64,000 nt of DNA from Actinomycetota bacterium (GTDB lineage: Bacteria > Actinomycetota > Acidimicrobiia > Spongiisociales > UBA5794): positions 2 to 64,001 of the forward strand of contig JAADIG010000052.1 of assembly GCA_013151445.1 (NCBI GenBank). Direction: 5' to 3'. Of this stretch, positions 37,171-47,319 are shown in pieces (within the stretch, counting starts at the first letter, position 1; each line of letters begins with the position of its first letter). The notes under the pieces were generated by a model. The model was given only the letters and a program-made list of their open reading frames with translations. It was not told where the DNA came from and did not search any database. The position numbers were made by a program, and so were the translations under genes.

Positions 37171-39804
37171 TTACGCCACCGCCCCGGGTTTTCCATGACA
37201 GTGTTTATATTTCTTGCCCGATCCACAATGACATGGTTCGTTGCGCCCGATTTTGTCCTTGACACGAACTGTCGGGCGTTTCGTCGTCGGTCCAGATGTC
37301 TGGACATTCTTGGGGCGCTGGGGCTGCGTCCGCTGCTCAACCTTGACGTGATACACATAGCGAATTCCGTCGCGCTTGACGGAGTCCACAAGGGATGCGA
37401 ACGCGTCATACGCCTCATGTTGATATTCGACCAGGGGGTCTCGTTGCGCGAGGGCACGGAGTCCGATCCCCGACCGCAAGTAGTCCATCGCAGCTAGATG
37501 GTCACGCCACTTGTTGTCAATCACGGTGAGGATCACTGACCGCTCCAACTGGTGCAGCAAGTCCGTACCGAGTTCCTCCTCGCGAGCCTTGTACGCGTTC
37601 GCCGAGTCGGCGAGATACGCTTCGACGACATCATCCTCGGTCAGCACCTCCGGGTCGCCGAACGATTCCCTTGTCAATGACGCCGGGTAAAGCTGCGCCA
37701 TGTTGTTCTGGAGCTCTTCCCAGTCCCAATCGAACGGCTCAACACCCTGAATGATGAAGAGCACCTCTTCCTCGATGACCTCCTGCCTCCAGGTATCGAC
37801 GAGCGTCTTAGTATCGTCGTCCTGCAGAACCTGGTTTCGCCACTCATAGATGATCTTGCGCTGAGTGTTCATCACTTCGTCGTACTTCAGCACGTTTTTG
37901 CGAATCTCGAAGTTCTGTGACTCGACCTGAGTTTGTGCCCGCTCGATGGCCTTGGAGACCATGCTGGCTTCGATAGGGACATCGGGTGGGATCTTGAGCC
38001 GGGCCATGATCGACGCAACGCGCTCGTTGGCGAACCGACGCATCAGATCGTCGGTCAAAGAGAGATAGAAGCGGGACTCCCCCACGTCACCCTGGCGTCC
38101 GGAACGACCTCGCAGCTGGTTGTCGATACGGCGCGAGTCATGACGTTCGGTGCCCAGGACATAGAGTCCGCCGGCGTCAAGCACGATCTGTTTCTTGTCT
38201 GCGGTTTCCTTGGTAAACCTGTCGATTGCGGTCGCAAGAAGTGCCGGGTAATCCTCGGAGTCCGTCTCGACCCCCTGACGCCGTAGCTCCTGCTCGGCGA
38301 GCGCTTCGGGGTTACCACCGAGCTGGATGTCAACACCACGTCCCGCCATGTTGGTTGCGACCGTGACCGAACCCGGCTGACCGGCCTGGGCAACGATTAC
38401 ACCCTCATTGGCGTGCTGTTTGGCGTTGAGAACTTGATGTTTCACGCCGTTGCGATCGAGGTAGCTCGACAGCAGTTCGGATTTTTCGATGGAGATCGTG
38501 CCAACCAGAATCGGCTGCTGGGCGGCGTGCCGTGCAACAATATCTGCCACCAACGCGTCGAACTTCGCGTCCTCGTTGACGTACACAAGGTCCGGTTGGT
38601 CGGCGCGCGCAATCTCACGATTCGTTGGCACGACAACGACGTCAAGATCGTAGATCTCCTTGAACTCACCCTGTTCGGTGATCGCCGTACCCGTCATCCC
38701 CGCAAGCTTTTCGTACATGCGGAAGTAGTTCTGCAGGGTGATCGTCGCAAGCGTCTGGTTCTCTTCCTTGACCCGGACGCCTTCTTTGGCTTCGATCGCC
38801 TGATGTTGTCCTTCCGAGTACCGCCGGCCCTCAAGGACACGTCCGGTGAATTCGTCGACGATCATCACCTCACCGTCCTTGATGAGGTAGTCAACGTCCA
38901 GCTCGTAGAGTTCCTTTGCCTTCAGCGCGACATCGAGATGCTGAATCATGTCGACGTTGGCGAAGTCATACATGTTTTCGATGCCGAGGATTTCCTCGAC
39001 TCGATGGACACCCTCTTCTGTGGTGATTACCTGACGCTTCTTCTCGTCGACTTCATAGTGAACGTCACGTCTCAGGGTCTTGGCGATACGGGCAAACTCC
39101 TTGTACCACTTACCCGACTCGCCGACGATGCCGGAAATAATGAGCGGAGTTCGTGCTTCGTCGATGAGGATCGAGTCAACCTCATCGATAATCGCGTAGG
39201 CGTGCCCGCGCTGGACCATGTTCTCGGGCCGCATTGCCATGTTGTCGCGGAGATAATCGAAACCAAATTCGTTGTTCGTGCCATGCGTAATATCTGCTTC
39301 GTACGCTGGACGACGCTCCTGGGGAGTCATCGATCCCTGGATGAGGCCAACCTTGATCCCAAGGAACTCGTGGACACGACCCATCCATTGGGCATCGCGC
39401 GCGGCAAGGTAATCGTTCACGGTCACGATATGGACCCCGCGCCCGGTGAGGGCGTTCGCGTAGGCTGGCATTGTTCCAGCAAGGGTCTTTCCCTCTCCCG
39501 TACGCATCTCGGCGATCATGCCCCGGTTTAGGGCACCAGCACCGACTATCTGGACGTCGTAGTGACGCTGCCCGAGGACACGTTTTGCGGCCTCACGAAC
39601 GACGGCGAACGCCTCGACCTCAATGTCGGCGACCGTGGCGCCGTTGGCGATACGGTCACGGAATTCCGTGGTCTTGGCACGCAGTTCGTCGTCGGTGAGG
39701 TCAACGACACCAGGCTCGGCGGCATTGACGGCGTTGACAAGAACTTGAAGTTGCTTAAGCGGCTTGCCTTCACCAAAACTCAAGACTCTGTTGAAAATTG
39801 ACAT
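37171..39804 (-). CDS. secA: Preprotein translocase ATPase SecA
   Basis: EMRTGEGKT, DEVDSILIDEARTPLIISG, ATNMAGRG, RRIDNQLRGRSGRQG and SEC-C tail; start MSIFNRV. Confidence 0.97.
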   Translation of the reverse strand: MSIFNRVLSFGEGKPLKQLQVLVNAVNAAEPGVVDLTDDELRAKTTEFRDRIANGATVADIEVEAFAVVREAAKRVLGQRHYDVQIVGAGALNRGMIAEMRTGEGKTLAGTMPAYANALTGRGVHIVTVNDYLAARDAQWMGRVHEFLGIKVGLIQGSMTPQERRPAYEADITHGTNNEFGFDYLRDNMAMRPENMVQRGHAYAIIDEVDSILIDEARTPLIISGIVGESGKWYKEFARIAKTLRRDVHYEVDEKKRQVITTEEGVHRVEEILGIENMYDFANVDMIQHLDVALKAKELYELDVDYLIKDGEVMIVDEFTGRVLEGRRYSEGQHQAIEAKEGVRVKEENQTLATITLQNYFRMYEKLAGMTGTAITEQGEFKEIYDLDVVVVPTNREIARADQPDLVYVNEDAKFDALVADIVARHAAQQPILVGTISIEKSELLSSYLDRNGVKHQVLNAKQHANEGVIVAQAGQPGSVTVATNMAGRGVDIQLGGNPEALAEQELRRQGVETDSEDYPALLATAIDRFTKETADKKQIVLDAGGLYVLGTERHDSRRIDNQLRGRSGRQGDVGESRFYLSLTDDLMRRFANERVASIMARLKIPPDVPIEASMVSKAIERAQTQVESQNFEIRKNVLKYDEVMNTQRKIIYEWRNQVLQDDDTKTLVDTWRQEVIEEEVLFIIQGVEPFDWDWEELQNNMAQLYPASLTRESFGDPEVLTEDDVVEAYLADSANAYKAREEELGTDLLHQLERSVILTVIDNKWRDHLAAMDYLRSGIGLRALAQRDPLVEYQHEAYDAFASLVDSVKRDGIRYVYHVKVEQRTQPQRPKNVQTSGPTTKRPTVRVKDKIGRNEPCHCGSGKKYKHCHGKPGAVA

Positions 39805-39845
39805 GAGGTAGCAATTGTAGAGCGCTCCGAGGCTATCGGAGCGCC

Positions 39846-41189
39846 TTAACTCTGTGCCGGCGAGTTTGACCGCGCAATCGTCTCCAACAACGTCGCCGGG
39901 TCGAAGTCGGCCTGCTGTGGCAGCAGCTGAACAGCGACGTCGCTCACGTTGATAACCAAAGGTTCGGGGCTGATCTCGGCACCCTTGGTATCGCGTACGA
40001 TGAACGTGGCGAGCGGTGCGTCGGGCTCCGTGGGGCGCTCTGCAACCACCACCGTCTCGCCGGTCTTCAGCCGGAGGATTGAACCGGGAGGGAACACACC
40101 CATCATGGAAATGAACGCCTTGACGACGTCGGGATCGTACGAGGAACCGGCGGCACCGAGCACAACGTCGAGAGCGCGAGCTGGCGTCTCTGCCCTTCGA
40201 TATGACCGGCGTGTCGTTATTGCATCGTAGGTGTCGACCACAGATACGATTCGAGAAAATATGTGGGGCCGGCGAGTTCTGCGATAGCTGGGGTAACCCT
40301 GACCATCGAAACGGGCGTGGTGCTCCAATGCGACCGTCGCGGCGATTTCGTTGCCCTCTCCCCCGGCCGCAAGAATCGCAAGAGCACCCTCTTGGGGATG
40401 GAGCTGGATCTCCTTCCATTGACCATCGTCAAGACGCCCAGGCCAGTTGAGGGTGGCTGCCGAGACCGCTACTTTCCCGATGTCATGGAGCACGGCACCG
40501 ACGCCGACCGGTACCAAACTCTCCTTGTCGACACCGATCATCCGACCCGTTGCGAGAGCGAGAATGCACGTGTTCACGGAATGAAAGAACGTGTACTCGT
40601 CGTGACTCTTCACGGTCGACAACAACAAAGACGCACTGGAATGGGATACGGCGTGTTCAAACAATCCCTCGACTGCATCAACAACCGCGGACAGCTCGAT
40701 CGCCCCCTGGCTTGCCATTGAGCTCGTGACGCCGCGTAGAGCGTCGATGCCGTCGGTATATGACCGGCGCACCGCTGACATCGATGATTCCTCGGGTTCC
40801 AAACCGGACAGGGAGTAGTCATTGAGTCGGACGGTGCCATCCGCCGGTAGGTCGTCAGAGGAACCGCCAATAAACGCGGCGAGATCTTCAAGGTCGTCGT
40901 GCGATAGGGGCGCTTCGAGGGTTATCGAGTCAATGCCCCGTGCCTGCATGTCACGCAGAAGCACGTGATACTCCAACGAGGTATGCGGCAGCACAATACG
41001 ATCGAGATAAAACGCCGAGTCAAAAATCGCAATATCGGTCCGACCGACACCGGATAGGAGCTCTGCGGCCGCAGTTTCGGCGGTGATGGCCGCCTCCACA
41101 GTCAACGGATGGGCGACCGGGTACAGGCTCAGCTGGCGCATCAACCGGCGCAACGCCCGTAGAAAATGGCTGACCTCACGTTCCTTCAT
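39846..41189 (-). CDS. HD-GYP domain protein (probable cyclic di-nucleotide phosphodiesterase)
   Basis: HDEYTFFHS, LHDIGK, HPQEG, EHHARFDGQGYP, DTYDAIT.RRSYR. Confidence 0.9.
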   Translation of the reverse strand: MKEREVSHFLRALRRLMRQLSLYPVAHPLTVEAAITAETAAAELLSGVGRTDIAIFDSAFYLDRIVLPHTSLEYHVLLRDMQARGIDSITLEAPLSHDDLEDLAAFIGGSSDDLPADGTVRLNDYSLSGLEPEESSMSAVRRSYTDGIDALRGVTSSMASQGAIELSAVVDAVEGLFEHAVSHSSASLLLSTVKSHDEYTFFHSVNTCILALATGRMIGVDKESLVPVGVGAVLHDIGKVAVSAATLNWPGRLDDGQWKEIQLHPQEGALAILAAGGEGNEIAATVALEHHARFDGQGYPSYRRTRRPHIFSRIVSVVDTYDAITTRRSYRRAETPARALDVVLGAAGSSYDPDVVKAFISMMGVFPPGSILRLKTGETVVVAERPTEPDAPLATFIVRDTKGAEISPEPLVINVSDVAVQLLPQQADFDPATLLETIARSNSPAQS

Positions 41190-43150
41190 AACTGTCCCAA
41201 ACTCTCACGAGCCGCATCGCGGAACGCTCGCGTCTGGCTACTGAGGGTGAACCGTTTCGATGCGAAACCCTTCAGGGTCTCGCGGCCGAGCTCCGTGTTG
41301 CGGCTCCCGAGAATCTTGATGACCTGAATTGCGACTTCCGGACGTAGACGTTCCTTGGCAAGCTCATCAGTAAGCAACTGGTCAAGGTCGTCCGCCTCGT
41401 TTGACCGCAGGAGGGATGCTCCCGTCTGACGAACCCGCTCGTTTTCGTCACCGAGGCTACGAATCAGGATCGGAGCCGCGTTCTGGCGCATGAGTCTCAC
41501 CAGGCTACGCAGCACCTCGACGCGGACACGGTACTCCTCGTGGGATAACAGGCGCCGCAGACCTGGGACAGCAGCGTCGCGGTCCGTCTTCCCGAGGACA
41601 ATCGCGAGGTTGCGAATCACGTACCAGGGTTGATGGTTCAAGTAGTCGTCGAGTACACGTGGGTTGCGGTTTGCGGACGCCGCGAGCAACTCCGTGATGG
41701 CGCGGCGCACCTGGCCGTCTTCTTCCATGGCAAGGTGCTGGACAAGGGGGTCAACGGCCGCGATACCAAAGTCAGCGAACAGGTCGAGTGCACCCTGATC
41801 CGGGTTGGACCCACCACTCACCTCGATCACCGTACGAACGGTTTCTGGCGTCAAGATTCGGGCAACACCCTCGTGGACAATGCCGGTTCGGTCGTGGGAG
41901 TACGACGGGTCCGAAAGAACTGCCGCGACAAAAACCCGGGCGCTCGAGAGATCGGAGGCACGAAGCAGACGCACGACCCGCCCACCCCAGACACGGACGA
42001 CTCTGTAGAACCGATCATCGCGGTACTCGCATTCGAGCAGCGCCCGCAGAGTCGCCCGCGCAAGTACGTCGTAGTCGATGGGAACCTGCATCTCGTCACG
42101 CAACGCAACAAGGGTGTCTCCCATCTCCTGTTGAGAAACATCCGTCACGACCGCGGATACGCGGGCCGCGACAGCCATGCGTTTGGCTTCGACATCTCGC
42201 GAAGATTCCAGGCCCTCGAGCAGATCGGCCGGCGATGCAGATGAGTCAAACGAAGCCAGCTCGGCGTATTCCAGGAGAAGTTTGCGACCTCGCTCACTCA
42301 GGTCGGGGAGGAATGCAGACAATTCGGCACCGGTGAACTGGTCGAGGAACACTTGATGCCGTTCGTCTTTGAGCCGTTCCAGAGACCGCTCCATAACCTC
42401 AAGTTGCACGTTGTGGGGAAGATAGAAGAAGGACTCGATGAACGTACGAAACCCCTTCCATACATCAACCTCTCCCTGGCGGAGCGTCGCAATCATTGCC
42501 TTGGGGCGCGCCGCCAACGGCCATGCCGTTGTGTGGAGTTCTTCGATCCCACCCATGAACTCGTCGGCAGGATCCGCCTCGCCTGCGAGTACGACTGTGG
42601 CAATGTCGACGGGGTCTTCACCACGTTGCGCGGCGGCCGCAGCCGCGATCGTCATGTTTGCGTAGTCGCCTTCTTCGTCGTCCCCATTTTCCTCATCGAG
42701 CTCACCCCCGCCCTCGACAAACGAAAGCAGGCCCCGCTCGAAAACCTCGACCCCACCCAGACCCAGCGCACGCACCACCGCATGGGCGCCCCCTTCTGTG
42801 CGTACCTCGTCATCACTGGTGGCGATAACAGCAAAGAATTCGATCAGGGCCTGGGCCGAGATCGATGCGTTGAAACGAAGAAACTCGATGTCATGCACGA
42901 ACAATTCGCGAGCAAGACGTTCGGCACCCTCGCGAGTCTCCACTTCGTCGCCGGAATCGTCGAGAAAGATCCCCGGACCGACACTAACTGTGACCGGAGA
43001 TTCGAGATCGCGCAACACGTCGAGTGCACGCGTGAATGCCGGTTGACTCCCGGGGTCTGGGTACAACGAGAAGGTCGTCCACGCCGTCCCGACCGCATCG
43101 AGAACGGCCTTGAGCTCACCCGCGGATGATTCCGGCTCTACGGCCCACAT
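41186..43150 (-). CDS. HEAT-repeat protein
   Basis: C-terminal repeats PWYVIRNL..LG, L.HEEYRVR.E..RSL and L.DENERVR; ATGA overlap with HD-GYP. Confidence 0.8.
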   Translation of the reverse strand: MWAVEPESSAGELKAVLDAVGTAWTTFSLYPDPGSQPAFTRALDVLRDLESPVTVSVGPGIFLDDSGDEVETREGAERLARELFVHDIEFLRFNASISAQALIEFFAVIATSDDEVRTEGGAHAVVRALGLGGVEVFERGLLSFVEGGGELDEENGDDEEGDYANMTIAAAAAAQRGEDPVDIATVVLAGEADPADEFMGGIEELHTTAWPLAARPKAMIATLRQGEVDVWKGFRTFIESFFYLPHNVQLEVMERSLERLKDERHQVFLDQFTGAELSAFLPDLSERGRKLLLEYAELASFDSSASPADLLEGLESSRDVEAKRMAVAARVSAVVTDVSQQEMGDTLVALRDEMQVPIDYDVLARATLRALLECEYRDDRFYRVVRVWGGRVVRLLRASDLSSARVFVAAVLSDPSYSHDRTGIVHEGVARILTPETVRTVIEVSGGSNPDQGALDLFADFGIAAVDPLVQHLAMEEDGQVRRAITELLAASANRNPRVLDDYLNHQPWYVIRNLAIVLGKTDRDAAVPGLRRLLSHEEYRVRVEVLRSLVRLMRQNAAPILIRSLGDENERVRQTGASLLRSNEADDLDQLLTDELAKERLRPEVAIQVIKILGSRNTELGRETLKGFASKRFTLSSQTRAFRDAARESLGQL

Positions 43151-43156
43151 AGCCGA

Positions 43157-43807
43157 CTACCCGATTGAAATGAGATTCTCGCGCACTGCATAGAGCACCG
43201 CTTCGTTGCGCGAGTGCAAACCCAGCTTGTCGAGAATGTTCCGGATATGGTTCTTGACTGTGTTCTCCGAGATAAACAATGATTCCCCTATCGACCGTGA
43301 GGTCATCCCCTTTGCAACTAACTGCAATACCTCGATCTCACGTCCGGTCAAGGTGGGTTTCCGAGCCTGCAGAAGCTCCTGATGACGCAGCAGCACACGA
43401 CAGACGTCGAATAACTTTCCGGCCATCTGCGACGAGATCACCGCACCCCCATCGACAACTGCGCCAATCGACTCGACCAGCTTGTCGAACGGTGTGTCTT
43501 TGACGATGTAACCTCGAGCGCCGCTCTTGAGTGCGGACAGCATGTCTTCTTCGCTCTCCGATCCGGTGAGCAGAACAACCTGGCAACCCGGGGCCACCGC
43601 AGTGATTTTCTCGACAACTTCGAGCCCAGAAATACCCGGCATCAACACATCGAGCAGGACGATGTCGGGTTGAAACTGCTCGGCGCTCGCGACCGACCCC
43701 TCCGCGGTGTCGGCTTCGCCGACCACGTCAAAACCGGCACCTCGCAATGCGGAGGTCAGTCCGGCTCGGAAAAGGGGTACGTCATCAACGACGAGCAGTC
43801 TGGTCAT
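43157..43807 (-). CDS. NarL/LuxR-family response regulator
   Basis: VVDD, LLDVLMPG, GYIVKD, LTGREIEVL..TVKNHIRNILDKL. Confidence 0.95.
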   Translation of the reverse strand: MTRLLVVDDVPLFRAGLTSALRGAGFDVVGEADTAEGSVASAEQFQPDIVLLDVLMPGISGLEVVEKITAVAPGCQVVLLTGSESEEDMLSALKSGARGYIVKDTPFDKLVESIGAVVDGGAVISSQMAGKLFDVCRVLLRHQELLQARKPTLTGREIEVLQLVAKGMTSRSIGESLFISENTVKNHIRNILDKLGLHSRNEAVLYAVRENLISIG

Positions 43808-44352
43808 GTTGGTTCAATCAGTCCTAGAGATCCGTCACGACGGTGGTACAGCACACAATGTTTGCCGGTATCGGCGTCCAGAAAGAAGAAAAAAGCGTGA
43901 CCTAACATCTCCATCTGAAGCACAGCCTCCTCAACTAACATTGGCCTCATTTCGAACCGTTTGGTCCTTACGACCGCTGGCCCTCCGTCATGATCATCAT
44001 CGGGAAGCTGGTCGACGGCATTGAGATGTTTCTTTTCGGCATTTCGCGAACGTTGGTAGAGGCGTTCCTTGAGCCGGCGAAGCTGACGCTCGAACTTTTC
44101 GAGCGCAATGTCAAGAGCGGCGACATCGTCCGGCGCACTCGACTCCACACGAACCGTATGACCAGCCTGGTGGGTCGTGATTTCCACCTTGAACTTTTCA
44201 TTCACGAGACGAGGATTGTGCTCCTGGGTGAACTCGACATCCGTTGACCCCCCGGTATTGAAGATCCGGCCCGCGTGCCTCACCTTCTCCTCGGCGATCT
44301 CACGAACATGGTCCCGTACCTGCATATTGCTGCCGTGCACTCGAACGTTCAC
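43804..44352 (-). CDS. hpf: Ribosome hibernation promoting factor (long HPF/RaiA)
   Basis: ALD..LEKFERQLRRLKER; C-terminal PM.VEEAVLQMEMLGH.FF.F..YHRRDG..GLI. Confidence 0.92.
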   Translation of the reverse strand: MNVRVHGSNMQVRDHVREIAEEKVRHAGRIFNTGGSTDVEFTQEHNPRLVNEKFKVEITTHQAGHTVRVESSAPDDVAALDIALEKFERQLRRLKERLYQRSRNAEKKHLNAVDQLPDDDHDGGPAVVRTKRFEMRPMLVEEAVLQMEMLGHAFFFFLDADTGKHCVLYHRRDGSLGLIEPT

Positions 44353-44491
44353 TGGGTCTCCTTTCGGGAGCGAAAACCCGCGCCACACAACCGCGCGGGC
44401 ACTGGGAGAATGCGATCAAACGAGGCGCTGCTAGACGCAGGGCGGGCCCTTGGCCTCAACACGCTCGGCTTCTCAGCCACGCCGCCTCCTT

Positions 44492-45088
44492 TTAATGATC
44501 GTCGCTGTGACGATCTCTCGCGCTTCCTATTTTAGCGGATGCGGTGGCTAATAGCGCACCGACGACGTGGCCTGTGATCGACTGGACAGCACTGTCGATC
44601 GTGAGTCCAGTCGTCACGACATCATCGACCAGCAAGGCGCCATCAGGTACGGTTCGGATCGGTGTAAAACGAACGGTCGCACGATGGCCTGTACCGGCGT
44701 GGCTCGGCCACCACACGGAGGCAGCGAACGCGTGTATGACCGGTAGCCCGACGATGCGCCCCACGGAGTGAGCGAGTTCGACCGCAGGATCGACGCCGTA
44801 TCGAACACGACGCAGCACCGACCGTGGCAGCGGTACCAGGACCCGAGCCTCTCCCGGGACTAGGGCTGCCATCGGGTTCGCCAGGAGCGTCGCATTGCGC
44901 ACCGCAGCGCGGTACTTCAACTCGTGTACTAACAATCGTGCGGTGCCCTCGTGCCTGAATGCCGCCCGGGCAAGCACCCCGGCGGGTGTTATCCGTTCTG
45001 GTGCCAACTGCAACGACTGCCGACACGACTCACACAGCGGCCCCGCACCCCATGCCCCACAGGCTGCGCACATCGGAATACTCACCAT
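44492..45088 (-). CDS. comF: ComF family phosphoribosyltransferase-like protein
   Basis: CAAC..LCESC, LVHELKY, LLVDDVVTTG; upstream of hpf. Confidence 0.8.
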   Translation of the reverse strand: MVSIPMCAACGAWGAGPLCESCRQSLQLAPERITPAGVLARAAFRHEGTARLLVHELKYRAAVRNATLLANPMAALVPGEARVLVPLPRSVLRRVRYGVDPAVELAHSVGRIVGLPVIHAFAASVWWPSHAGTGHRATVRFTPIRTVPDGALLVDDVVTTGLTIDSAVQSITGHVVGALLATASAKIGSARDRHSDDH

Positions 45089-45219
45089 ACCGACACCCTA
45101 TCGGTGGTTCGGGGTGGTAACTAGTGCCCCGACGAATCTGGAAACCACTACGTCGAACGGTTGGGAAACTACTCAGCGTGGTCTATTGTGACTTTGGGTA
45201 GTTGAAAGGAAGGCATAGA

Positions 45220-47097
45220 GTGACCTTTGACGTCGCAGCAACACGCGAGAAGAACAGACAACGACGCCTCGCACGACTTCTCGTCGTTCTTGCGCCATTG
45301 GCAGCATGGGTTTGGACCCGGCACATCATGCAGCGCAACCCGATCAGTCCCGGTTTCCCCAATCTGGGGCCGGACGCCATTCTCTGGGTCCCCGGACTCG
45401 GGATCGTTCTGGTGCTCGCCCTGGTATTGATTCTTCCGATGAAGGGCAACAGCAAATCGCCGCACACGATCTACCTGCCGGAACAGATCGATGTCAGCTT
45501 TTCTGATGTCAAGGGTCTGGGCAACGTGAGCCGCGAGGTCCAACACACACTTGAGGTTTTCCTCAACCACAAACGCTTCCGCGAAGAGATGGGGGGAAAT
45601 CCTCGCCGCGGTGTGCTTTTCGAGGGCCCTCCCGGGACGGGCAAAACCCACGTCGCCAAGGCGCTCGCGGCGGAGGCTGGCGTGCCATTTCTCTATGTGT
45701 CATCGACCGCGTTTCAGTCCATGTGGTACGGCGCCACGGCACGCAAGATTCGCAGTTACTTCCGCGATCTCCGCAAGATTGCCCGCGAGCACGGTGGTGC
45801 AATCGGATTCATTGAAGAGATCGATGCCATTGCCCTCAAGCGGGGTGCCATGTCAGGTTTCACACCACGGACAGAATCCGCCGGTTCAGTGGTCAACCGC
45901 AACGCCATGTCATCGGGGACGGGTGGCGTGGTCAACGAGCTTCTGATTCAAATGCAGTCGTTTGATGAGCCAACACGGCGCATCAGATTCAAGAACTGGT
46001 TCATTCGCCTGGCGAACGGCTACCTGCCAGCCCACCGTCAGATCAAGACCGCAGTACCGGGCTTTGCGAACGTTCTCTTGATCGGGGCAACCAACCGTGC
46101 CGATGCGCTCGATCCGGCGCTACTGCGACCCGGACGTTTTGATCGGATCCTTCATTTCGGACTCCCCAACCAGGTGGACCGCATGGAACTCGTCGAGTAC
46201 TTCATGGCTTCGCGATCACACGTTGCCGGTCTCGCCGCACCGAATCGCATCAAAGCAACCGCTGCCCGCACGATGGGCTACAGCCCGGCATCGCTTGAGA
46301 GGCTCTTCGACGAGGCACTCCTCGTCGCGTTGCGCGATGGTCGCAAGGAATTCACGGAGAATGATCTCCATCAGGCCCAAATGGAAGTCGAGATCGGTCT
46401 TCCCAACCCAACGGTGTACACCCCCGAGGATCGCGAAACCGTAGCAACACATGAGGCGGGGCATGCCGCGGTCGCGTACCTTGTTGGCAAGAATCGCCGT
46501 CTTGAGGTGCTCTCGATCGTCAAACGCAAGGACAGCCTGGGACTTTTGAGCCATCGAGACGTCGACGAACGCCACGGCAATACACATTCAGAAATGGTCG
46601 CCAGCCTGCAAATATCTCTTGGCGGCATGGTGGCTGAAGAAGAATTCTTCCACGAGTCCGGTACCGGTCCATCGGGAGATCTCAAGGCAGCAACCACGAC
46701 TGCGTGCATGATGGTCGGGGTCTACGGACTCGGCGATTCTCTCGCTTCCTTCCTCGCCGTTCCGGACTCCCCGCTCGCCTCCTCCCTCGTCGGGCGGGTA
46801 CTCGACAACCCGGGCGCAAAGGCCGAAGTCGAGACGATCCTGGCATCCGCCAAGACGCAGACATCGGATCTCATCCGCGACCACCGCTACCTTGTCGAGG
46901 CACTGCGCGACGCCTTGCTGGAGCGTGAGGAGCTGATCGGTGACGAAATCCTTGAAGTCCTCAGACTCGCCGAGACCCAGGCCCTGAAGTCGGGAAGGGT
47001 CGTCGTGCAGTTATCGGACGACGGAGCCGACATCGTCGAACCTGCCAAGGACATCAACCTGTTCAAGGCGCAAGCTCCGCGAGAGCAACCGAACTAG
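45220..47097 (+). CDS. FtsH-like membrane AAA+ ATPase with M41 peptidase domain
   Basis: Two TM segments; GPPGTGKT, FIEEID, ATNRADALDPALLRPGRFDR, HEAGH. Confidence 0.88.
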   Translation: MTFDVAATREKNRQRRLARLLVVLAPLAAWVWTRHIMQRNPISPGFPNLGPDAILWVPGLGIVLVLALVLILPMKGNSKSPHTIYLPEQIDVSFSDVKGLGNVSREVQHTLEVFLNHKRFREEMGGNPRRGVLFEGPPGTGKTHVAKALAAEAGVPFLYVSSTAFQSMWYGATARKIRSYFRDLRKIAREHGGAIGFIEEIDAIALKRGAMSGFTPRTESAGSVVNRNAMSSGTGGVVNELLIQMQSFDEPTRRIRFKNWFIRLANGYLPAHRQIKTAVPGFANVLLIGATNRADALDPALLRPGRFDRILHFGLPNQVDRMELVEYFMASRSHVAGLAAPNRIKATAARTMGYSPASLERLFDEALLVALRDGRKEFTENDLHQAQMEVEIGLPNPTVYTPEDRETVATHEAGHAAVAYLVGKNRRLEVLSIVKRKDSLGLLSHRDVDERHGNTHSEMVASLQISLGGMVAEEEFFHESGTGPSGDLKAATTTACMMVGVYGLGDSLASFLAVPDSPLASSLVGRVLDNPGAKAEVETILASAKTQTSDLIRDHRYLVEALRDALLEREELIGDEILEVLRLAETQALKSGRVVVQLSDDGADIVEPAKDINLFKAQAPREQPN

Positions 47098-47139
47098 GCA
47101 GCTAGCGATACCGCTGGGTCTACGTGCGGCGGTCGGTGG

Positions 47140-47316
47140 TTACGACTCGCGCGGCGTTGCCTCGTCAACAAGCATCACGGGTATCCCGTCGCGTACCGGA
47201 TATGCAAGGCCGCATGACGCACAGACGAGGGCAGCGCGCTCGGCGTTCTCACCGAGGTCGCCGTGACAGGCTGGGCATTGCATGATCGCTAATAGTTCGG
47301 GGGTAATAAGTGGCAT
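47140..47316 (-). CDS. Trm112 family protein (58 aa, absent from the ORF track)
   Basis: Manual translation MPLITPELLAIMQCPACHGDL..LVCASCGLAYPVRDGIPVMLVDEA; AGGAG RBS. Confidence 0.9.
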   Translation of the reverse strand: MPLITPELLAIMQCPACHGDLGENAERAALVCASCGLAYPVRDGIPVMLVDEATPRES

Positions 47317-47319
47317 CGT

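Noticed and set aside
39805..40419. 205-aa N-terminal extension of SecA in the ORF track
   Set aside because: Overlaps the HD-GYP gene in another frame; SecA similarity starts at MSIFNRV, preceded by a TACAAT box
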